Part shown: piece by piece, positions 1 to 9,300 of the stretch
Position numbering within the stretch: the first letter of the stretch is position 1
Layout: every line of letters begins with the position of its first letter
Assembly: GCA_973895155.1 (NCBI GenBank)
Contig: OZ316895.1
Coordinates: 866,435-930,434, forward strand
Source: Marsupella aquatica
Taxonomy: Eukaryota > Plantae > Marchantiophyta
DNA: 64,000 bases
Reading direction: 5' to 3'
The notes under the pieces: model-generated
Told to the model about the DNA's origin: nothing
Seen by the model: the letters and a program-made list of their open reading frames with translations, nothing else
Databases searched by the model: none
Position numbers and translations under genes: made by a program

Positions 1-1607
1 AAATGCCTGGGAGGTGACAAGGTTTTTTTGTGACAGGTTTTTTCCAGCGTTCATTGTCGATGGTATATTCGGAGTTTCATTGCTTGAAACTCGAATGTGT
101 GTGGCTGAGCGGATAGGTTAGTGAGAGGGCTTTCTAACGGTGGTTAGAACTTGCTTAATATCAGTATCCATGGTGCGGAGGAATTGAAGTTTGCATCATT
201 CAGGTTTTATTCGTGTTCGACGGGTTTTGGGGGGAGAGACTAGAGATCGCATTCTTCAATGGTGTGAGCTATGCGGTGTTTGGGGGATCGCACATTATAG
301 CTCAAGTTGAAGGTTGAAGCGAGCTGGTCGTTTCGGTAGCTGGATTGCTGCCAAATTGTTATCGAGTGCGACGTGATGAGTGACGGAGGCATTCAGGTTT
401 TTTCACAAGCTATGGAGCTTGTTTTCATCTGAACCGGGTTTCTCTTTGTGACGTACAACTCGGTGGAAGAAATGCGAAGTGCTACGGCTCAACGGTTTGA
501 TCGCGGCGAGGCAATCGTTTTGAGCCCAAGATTGGCACTTGACGCGGAGTGAAGGCAACGCGACAGAAATTTTTAACTCTGCTGGATAGACCGTGCCGGT
601 GAAATTCAGCCACTTTTCCCATCGGCGGCGTTCACTTTCCTTGCTTAAAACAATGGCTTTAGGTGAGTAACTCATTCCTTTTTCCCGGGGAAGTTTTTTG
701 CATTTTTAAAGGGGGTTTAGGTCATTTTGTAACGAGGTGTATACACACCTCGTTTTTGGCCTGGTATCGGCCTGGACTCAGTCGAGTACATACGCTTACA
801 CGGTGGCGCGCGCCCCGGCCATTCGCTCCCCGCCCGCCCTTTGGCCGGCCCTGCCTTAGGGCGCCTCCCCCCCCGCGCTGTCTTTTTTCACCCACGAGCC
901 TTTGGCTCTTCGCGAGCCTTTTGGGCTACCGGCCCTCCCTCCGCTCCCGGCCGGCGACTCACCTGCCCCCTCACGCGCCCTTGTACCTCCGGCCGTGCCC
1001 TGCCATCCCCTTTACGCTTGTATTTTCCCGGGCGTACCCCGGAAATACCCCGTCAGCCCTTGGTATTGGCCCTGTCCTCCTTATACGGGGTATTTTTCTG
1101 GTTAAGGGGCTTAAACCCCCCCTTTTTGTTTTTTCCCCGGTTTGATGCTATTGGCTGTCCTGGGACCGGTGACCCTCCATTTTAACCGCTCTGACAGGGG
1201 GAACGGCCCCCTGTGCGCCCTGTCAAACTATACGGGAATATTCCCAAAAAATAGAGAGCTATTTTTTGGCCGTCCGACAAAGATTCCGTCCCCCAAATGG
1301 TAATTTTTTGTTTCTTTTTTGGTGAGGGCGTTGCCACTGGAGTTAGCAATGCGGCGCATCGATCACATTGCGATTCCGACAACGGGTTCTACTTGGTATT
1401 TTGGTTATTCTCCAAGGTGGTCAAAACGGGGGAGTTTCCCAAGGTTTTACCCACCCCGACCAAAATTTGAATAACTTTTCCGTCAAATTTTGATTTTGAT
1501 TTTGGCTTTCAGTATTGGACTCCTAGCTTCGTGGGCTATGTAGCGGTGTTGAGTTTTGAGTTTTGTGAGAAGTTTTAAAAAAAGATGTTTTTTCGTGATT
1601 GTTTCAT

Positions 1608-3253
1608 ATGAGTGACTCGGAGGATATTGGAAGAATTGGCATCGGTGGAGCTTCAGGATCACAACGATCAGACGAAGAGTCTGAGGAGGAGCTGCTACCG
1701 TTTGAAGAAGAACTAGTGTCACCGGTACGATCACCGGTGCTGCGTGCAGTGGAGGAAGTTGTACTACTACCAGAGTTGTTGGTAGTGGGGAAGAAGAGGG
1801 AGATGGCAAGATTTGGAGGAGTGAAGTTTGAGGTGGAGAAGTATGATGGTCGTATTGATTACTTGTTGTGGGAGAAGCAAGTGAAGGGTGTTCTTAGGGC
1901 CATGGGCTTAGCTCATCTGCTTTCTTCGCGAAAGCAGTATGATGGAGAGGAGGAGATTTCTGTGAAGCAGTGGAGATAGGAGCAGGTGATTGCTGTCAAT
2001 GCAGCACTGATGCTATATCTCAAGCCGCACATCATCAAGCAGCTGGATGATTATGCAGATTGCGCGTCACTGTTCAAGGCTCTAAGAGAGAAGTACTACC
2101 GGGAAGATGCGTCAGACCGGCTATACAAGAAGTCTCTCTTGATGAGCCTCAGGCTCAAGGAAGGGAGCAAGCTACACGATCACCTGGATGAGTTTGACAG
2201 TCTAGCGGTGGACTTGTCAAACCTGGGAAAAGGAGTTGAAGATGAGGATAAGGCCTTGCTTCTGCTAAGCTCCTTACCGCCGTCATATCAGGGCTTGAAA
2301 CAGGTGCTCTTGTACAGAGATCTGAAGTCCATTTTGTATAATGAGGTGGTGAGCTCTTTACTGTCTGATGATGCTCAGAAGAAGCTGGGTCAATCACAGA
2401 TAGCATCTTCTTCTGGCAATGCGCTCAATGTGAACAGGGGAAGAGCAGCGCAACGCACAAATGGGCAAAACAGGTTTAGATCTCCATCATGGGGGAGATC
2501 TCAATCCAAAGGGAAATTGCAAGAGAGAAAGCCTCTTGCGTGTTAGAATTGTGGCAAGCCTGACCACATGAAAAGGGATTGTTGAGTAAAGGTCCCTACT
2601 GCATCTGTTAACGCGGCATCGAGCTCGCATGAGGTAGATTTACTTGATGATGATGACATATTGTGATGTCAGCGTTATGCTCTCAACGTAGTGTCAAATC
2701 CAGGTAGTGATGACTGGATTCTAGATAGTGCATGTACTTTTCACATTTGCTCTAGAAAAGATTTTTTCAGTTCTTACACGGTTTCCAATGGGTCAGTGTT
2801 GATGGGAAATGGAATCCCATGTCAAGTTGTTGGACTTGGATCTGTAAGATTTCAGATGTTTGATGGTGTTGTGAGAACGTTAAGGAATGTGAGACATATT
2901 CCAAGTATGATGAAAAATCTCATTTTACTTGGAGTTTTAGAAGCAAATGACCATCAGTGGAGTTCTGCTAATGGTGTCCTTCAGGTTTCAACTAGAACTA
3001 AAGTTGTATTAAAGGGAAAGAGACATAGCAATCTATACATTTTGGAGGGCAGTGTATTGTGATGAAGCCAATGTAACCTTATCTCATGAGGAGACGGCCC
3101 GGCTGTGGCACTTCTGTTTGGGCCACATGAGTAAAAAAGGTTTGGTTATTCTTCAAAAGAAAGGATTACTTTCTAATTTGCAATCTTGTAAGTTGGAATT
3201 TTGTGAACACTGTGTGCTAGGGAAGCAGCACAGGGTACCCTTCGGAGTTGGAA
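1608..3253 (+). pseudogene. Outer copia gag / protease / pre-integrase, disrupted
   Basis: MSDSED...KFEVEKYDG gag start, zinc knuckle C*NCGKPDHMKRDC, protease WILDSACTFH, LWHFCLGH..CEHC. Stops at 1977, 2544 and 2583, gag/pol TGA at 2664-2666, frameshift near 3055. Confidence 0.92.
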
Positions 3254-3674
3254 TGTTGGGTATTTACTCTTACGTCTAGGTTAGGTATGACGTGGTTGGT
3301 ACAACAACGTGGGTTGGTACAACTACGTGGTTAGGTACAACTACGTGATTAGGTACAACTATGTGGTTAGGTACAACTACGTGATTAGGTACAACTATGT
3401 GGTTAGGTACAACTAAGTTGCACACTATATCATAAGAGGCATGTGTGCTTGGAGAGGTAGAACCAAGGCTCATTGTTATGGAGCCACTTGAGAGATAGGG
3501 AGAGCTTACACTATGGAGACTCGGTATAGCCGACGGGCTTAGAGTTCAGTAAAGCTGTCTTGTGTGTTCCCGTGGACGTAGCCTCAAGGAGGTGAACCAC
3601 GTATCTCTTGTGTCGACTATTGTGCGTTGGATGGTTCATGGGCTTGCCGTTGCGATCGTCGTCTATGCTCAACA
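3254..3674 (+). repeat. 5' LTR of inner copia, with 7 tandem ~18-bp units
   Basis: TGTTGGG...GCTCAACA; only 2 differences seen by eye versus the 3' LTR. Confidence 0.97.
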
Positions 3675-3676
3675 AT

Positions 3677-3688
3677 TGGTATCAGAGC
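3677..3688 (+). promoter_or_regulatory. Primer-binding site (initiator tRNA-Met)
   Basis: TGGTATCAGAGC, separated from the 5' LTR by 2 nt. Confidence 0.95.
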
Positions 3689-4380
3689 ATGCTTGGGAGG
3701 TGACGTGTGTTCGTGACGGGATTTCATGACGGTTTTTCCAGCGTTGAGTGTTGGTGGATTTTCCAGAGTTCCATCGCATGGAACTTGGAGTTTATGGGCT
3801 CAACGGATAGATCAGGGCAAGAGCTTTCTAACGGTGTGAAGAAATCGTTGAACGGAGCTCGTGGTGCAGAGAGATCTAAGTTTTCGTCGTTCTGGATTTT
3901 GTGAAGAAAGTTGGCAATCGACTCGGAGGGAGAAGCGTCAAGTGTTTTGACTCAACGGAGAGATTGAGGCAAGACAATTGTTTTTGAGTCCGGGATTGGC
4001 TCTTTGATGCAAAGAGGAAGGCTAAGCAAAATCAATTACCTTGTTGGACTTGGTGACGGCACCAAGTGCAATTGATCAACATTCGTTGTTGACAAGTGAG
4101 GTCGTAGCCATTGAAGTTGGCAATGCAGCGCACCAATCACATCGCAATTCCGACAACGGGTTGTACTTGGTATTTCGGTTATTCCCTAAGGTGGTCAAAA
4201 CGGGGGAGTTTCCCAAGGTTTTACCCACCTCGACCAAAATTTGAATAACTTTTCCGTCAAATTTCGATTTTGATTTTGGTTTTCAGTATTGGACTCCTAG
4301 CTTTGTGGGCTACGCGGCGGTGTTGAGTTTCGAGTTTTTTGAGAAGTTGTGAAAAACAACATTTTTTGTGACTTTCTCAT

Positions 4381-5415
4381 ATGAGTGATTCGGAGGAGTT
4401 TTTCGAAGACGTGGAACTTGAAGCACGAGGATCACCGCGGAGGTTTCAGGGGCAGAGAGAGGAGCAGGAGGAAGAGCACGTGACACCGATACCATCACCG
4501 GTGCGGCGTGTGGTGGAGGAAGCAGTACCACTACCGGAGCTCACGGTAAAGAAGAAGATGGGGACTTTCAAGCTTGGGGGACCCAAGTATGAAGTGACAA
4601 AGTATGATGGGCGCTCTGACTACTTGCTATGGGAGAAGCAGGTGAAGGGAGTGCTTTATGTGTCAGGGATGGGCCAACTGCTGAGCCCTCGTGAAGACGA
4701 TGTTGATGAGAAACAATGGGACCGCATGCAGGAGCAGGGAGTGTGGTGTGTTACACTCTATCTCATGCCTCCCATCATCAAGCAGTTAGGTGCACATAAG
4801 GATTGCATGTCCTTATTTGCGGAATTGCAGAGCAAGTATCACCGCAAGGAGTTGTCAAACCGGCTCTACACTTCCTACAAACTGATGAGTTTCAGGATGA
4901 AGGAATCTGGTACGAAGTTGCAAGACCATGTGGATGCTTTCAACGACATGGTCGTTGACTTGGAAAACCTTGGGGAGACTTTGAATGATGAGACGAAGGC
5001 TCTGCAGCTTCTTAGTTCATTGCCTCCATCTTACCAGTCCCTATCACGAGTGTTGTTGCATCGTGATAGGGATACCATTTCATACAATGACGTGGTAAGT
5101 TCTCTGCTTAGTGATGATCTTCAGCAGAAGATGCACATCACGTCACAGCCTTCATCATCTGGTGCTGCCCTCAATGTTAACCGTGGGAGGAGTATGCAGC
5201 GACCAACTGGGGACCGTAGAACCCAGTTTAGATCTAAATCCAGATCTAAGTCCAAGGGTAAATCCCCTCAGAGGAGGCAGGTGACATGTTGGAAGTGCAA
5301 CCAAGTTGGACACTTCAAGTGAGACTGTAAGGGAAAGGCAGCGGAAACTTCATCGGCAAATGTGGCTAGGGCTGATGGAGAAGCTGATTTACTCAATGAT
5401 GAGTATGTTTTATGA
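4381..5415 (+). pseudogene. Inner copia gag; one premature TGA (5320-5322) in the zinc knuckle, natural stop TGA at 5413-5415
   Basis: KYEVTKYDG start motif and CWKCNQVGHFK*DC knuckle; the sister copy at 26401-27435 has CGA (Arg) at the premature stop. Confidence 0.93.
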
Positions 5416-8400
5416 AGCCGGGGGTATGCCCTGTGCACGTCATCTAGGAGAGCAGATGATGTGTGGATTCTTGATTGTGCTTGCTCTTTTCATATTTGTT
5501 ACATTCGTGAGTTTTTCAGTTCTTACTCTGTTTCAAACGGTTCAGTTCTGATGGGAAATGATCACTCCTGTCAAATTGAGGGAATTGGGTCTGTGAAGAT
5601 TCAAATGTTTGATGGCGCTGTGCGCACAGTGTCCGGAGTCAGGTATGTACCTGGCATGCGTAAGAATCTGATTTCACTCGGTGTGTTGGATTCAAATGGT
5701 CATCAATGGAGCGTTATTGATGGTGAACTTCAAGTCAGGTCGGGAGAGACAGTAATTTTGAAGGGGAGTAGACAAAAGAATTTGTATGTGTTACAGGGCA
5801 ATACTGTATGTGGAGAGGCCAATGTAACCAAGTCTCACGAGGAGATGACTCAACTGTGGCATTCACGGCTAGGCCACATGAGTGAGAAGGGTTTGGCTAT
5901 CTTACGGAAGAATGGACTCATTTCTGATTTGCAATCTTGTAAATTAGAGTTTTGTGAGCATTGCATTCTTGGAAAGCAGCATCGTCGTGCTTTTGGTGTT
6001 GGAACTCATCGTTCCAAAGCGGTTCTTGAGTACATACATAGTGACGTGTGGGGTCCATCCCCGACTCCCTCACACTCTGGAAAGTTGTACTATGTATCAT
6101 TTATTGATGATTACTCAAGATTTGTGTGGATTTATTTCATGACGCATAAGTCTGATGTCTTGTCCATTTTTAAGAAGTGGAAGGCCCAGGTGGAGAATCA
6201 GACTGGAAACACGATCAAGTGTTTGGATACAAGGGTGAAGAGTCTGAGGTCAGACAACGGCGGGGAGTACACTTCAATGGAATTTGAAGAGTACTGTTCA
6301 GAACAGGGGATAACTCGCCATCTCACCACAGTTTATACTCCGCAGCAGAATGGTGTCGCTGAGAGGCTCAATCGAACACTGTTGGAGCGGTCACGGAGTA
6401 TGTTGAGCCAATCAGGTTTACCACAAGAATTTTGGGCAGAAGCTGTCAATACCGCAGCTTATTTGGTAAATCTTTCTCCTTCTAGTGCTATCAATTTCAA
6501 AACGCCGTTTGAGATGCGCTATAAGCGGCAAGCAGACTATCATGGCTTGGTAATTTTTGGAAGTGATGCATATGCTCTCACACCAAAGCAGAATAGGACC
6601 AAGTTGGATCCTACCTCCAGGAAATGTGTTTTTCTTGGGTACCAGAGTGGTGTGAAAGCCTATAGGCTATGGGATCCTATTGCCTGTAAGCTCGTTGTCA
6701 GTAGGGATGTTTCCTTCAATGAATCCAGATTATTGAAGGAGGGGGAGAATACTCAGGTCTCCCGTACTGACAAAGGAAAATCTCCTATCCCGGATCTCGT
6801 TGAGGGGGAGATTGGTTATGAGGTGCATGACCGGAGAGAAGGAGTTGCTCCAATTATGGAGCTGGTTCCTATGCCAGAGGAACCAGAGGAGTTTGTTGAT
6901 GCTGGTGAGCAACAAGTGGATGCTGTTGAGCTTCAAATTGTACCAGCACACGCAGATCAACCGGAGTCATCGGCTAGAAGAACATTTGGTCGCACTGTAC
7001 GCGCTCCATCAAGGTATGGACAGTGGGTTGATTCATCTCAACTGCAAGAGGATGATTTTACAGCTGATGATGAGGGTGATGCGTTAATTTTGGAAGAAGG
7101 AGAACCTTCTTCATTTCATGAGGCAAGTGCTTCAAAAGAGAAGCAGAAGTGGACTGCAGCAATGCAAACGGAGATGCAGTCACTAAAGGACAACAAAACT
7201 TGGGAGCTTGTTAAGCTGCCTAAGGGTCAGCAAGTGGTGGACAGCAAGTGGATTTACAAGCTGAAGGATAATTCCATAGGAGGTGGATCGAAGGTCTACA
7301 AGGCTAGATTGGTAGCAAAGGGATTCACACAAGAGAAAGGTGTGGATTACAATGAGGTCTTCTCACCAGTTGCTAAGTACTCTACAATACGACTATTGTG
7401 TGTACTTGTTGTAATGTTTGGTCTGCTCCTAGATCAGATGGATGTTGTCACAGCTTTCCTCTATGGCACATTGGAAGAGGTGATCTTCATGAGACAACCG
7501 CTAGGTTTTATGAAGAGAGGACAGGAGGAATTGGTTTGCAGATTGCTGAAATCCTTGTATGGGTTGAAGCAGTCACCAAGACAGTGGAACAAGCGGTTTG
7601 ACGATTGGATTCGGTCACAAGGTTTTCACAGAAATGTATTTGACCCTTGTGTGTATTTGAAACCGGTGAAGAATGTTGTCTTTGGGTTCATTGTTTTAGT
7701 ACTTTATGTGGATGACATGCTAATTGCAGCCAAGGATAGGTCTGAGATTGTTAAGCTCAAGGCACTGCTTAGTGCAGAGTTTAAGATGAAGGACTTAGGG
7801 CCAGCTAAGAGGATTTTGGGTATGGAGATCACTAGGGACTTGGAGGCTGGCAAGCTATGGTTGACGCAGAGCAGTTATGCGAGGAAGGTAATTGCAAGGT
7901 TCAACATGGAGAATAGCAAGCCAGTAAGTACCCCGTTGGCTCCACACTTCAAGTTATCATCAGCGTTCTGTCCTACGGATGACACAGAGAAGGGGTTGAT
8001 GTCAAAGGTTCCATATGACAAGGCAGTGGGGAGTCTCATGTATTTGATGACTTGCACTAGACCTGATCTTGCCATGGCTATGGGCAAGGTGAGCAGGTAC
8101 ATGTCGAATCCAGGGAAGGTACACTGGGAAGCAGTGAAGTGGATTATCAGGTACTTGAAGGGTACCGTGGATCATGGTCTTTTATTTGATGCGAATGCAA
8201 AGAATGCTAGATCATTGATTGGCTATGTAGATTCTGACTATGGACAAGATTTGGACCGAAGGAGATCAACAACAGGATACGTGTTCACACTTGGCGGTGG
8301 ATGCATAAGTTGGAGGTCTACTTTGTAGAAGTGTATTGCTCAGTCTACTACAGAAGCGGAGTATGTTGCAGCTGCGGAAGCAGCAAAGGAAGCGATTTGG

Positions 8401-8688
8401 TTGGATAGACTTATCACTGAAATGAGATTGCCACAAGGGAATGTGAAGCTCCATTGTGATAGTCAAAGTGCGCTCCACCTTGCTGTGAACCAGGTGATGG
8501 ACAGCAGAGTGAAGCACATTGACGTCAGGTACCATTTTATCAGGCAGGCTATGTCTGATAATTTGTTTGAGCTAGTCAAGATTGATGGTAAACTCAACCC
8601 GGCTGACGCATTTACCAAAGTGATTCCTTTGGAGAGTTTCTCTAGACACCGTGACGTATTGCAGGTTTTGCAATTGCATCACAAGTAG
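5416..8688 (+). pseudogene. Inner copia pol (PR-IN-RT-RNaseH), in frame with gag; one premature TAG at 8326-8328
   Basis: WILDCACSFH, HSDVWGP, LRSDNGGEY, QQNGVAER, YKARLVAKGF, LYVDDML, YVDSDY, KHIDVRYHF. The outer element has CAG at the homologue of 8326. Confidence 0.95.
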
Positions 8689-8868
8689 AGTTTTCTTAAA
8701 CATTCATTGTAATTACTGATATATGCTCTTCCTCATTCCTATGTATTAGGCTACGGCTTAGTTCTGGTTTGCTCTAGTTAGAGAGGGAAACCGGTTTGGT
8801 TTCTGTCAAGAACTTCCCGCTGAGGGATCATATACATTGACAGTATTACTCTCCCCTAGACCAGAGTC

Positions 8869-8879
8869 AAGGGGAAGAT
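8869..8879 (+). promoter_or_regulatory. Polypurine tract of inner copia
   Basis: AAGGGGAAGAT immediately before the 3' LTR. Confidence 0.9.
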
Positions 8880-9300
8880 TGTTGGGTATTTACTCTTACG
8901 TCTAGGTTAGGTATGACGTGGTTGGTACAACAACGTGGGTTGGTACAACTACGTGGTTAGGTACAACTACGTGATTAGGTACAACTATGTGGTTAGGTAC
9001 AACTACGTGATTAGGTACAACTATGTGGTTAGGTACAACTAAGTTGCACACTATATCATAAGAGGCATGTGTGCTTGGAGAGGTAGAACCAAGGCTCATT
9101 GTTATGGAGCCACTTGAGAGATAGGGAGAGCTTACACTGTGGAGACTCGGTATAGCCGACGGGCTTAGAGTTCAGTAAAGCTCTCTTGTGTGTTCCCGTG
9201 GACGTAGCCTCAAGGAGGTGAACCACGTATCTCTTGTGTCGACTATTGTGCGTTGGATGGTTCATGGGCTTGCCGTTGCGATCGTCGTCTATGCTCAACA
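8880..9300 (+). repeat. 3' LTR of inner copia
   Basis: Near-identical to 3254-3674. Confidence 0.97.

Larger units (their letters stand above)
3254..9300 (+). mobile_element. Inner full-length Ty1/copia LTR retrotransposon (young), nested in the outer element's integrase region
   Basis: Two 421-bp TG...CA LTRs and 5-bp TSD TGGAA (3249-3253 / 9301-9305). The outer reading frame FGVG|THTSK rejoins across the insertion. Confidence 0.97.

Noticed and set aside
663-1185. Pro/Arg-rich ORFs in the outer leader
   Set aside because: Product of GC-rich low-complexity sequence, non-ATG starts, no motifs.
2634-2672. In-frame GT-AG mini-introns removing the gag stop (39 nt here; 45 nt at 5403-5447)
   Set aside because: Positions are not homologous between subfamilies and lengths are below typical plant introns; disfavoured, but not excluded without RNA data.
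3290-3418. Regular 18-bp repeats as a CRISPR-like array
   Set aside because: Units are contiguous with no unique spacers, lie inside LTRs, and no cas genes are present.
3276-3473. VVPNH-repeat ORFs (also 8902..9099 and 28343..28594)
   Set aside because: Antisense translation of the LTR tandem array; not conserved in the related LTRs.
5306-5551. Alternate-frame ORF spanning the gag/pol stop as evidence of frameshifting
   Set aside because: pol is in the same frame as gag, so a single frameshift cannot reach it, and no equivalent ORF is listed for the outer element.
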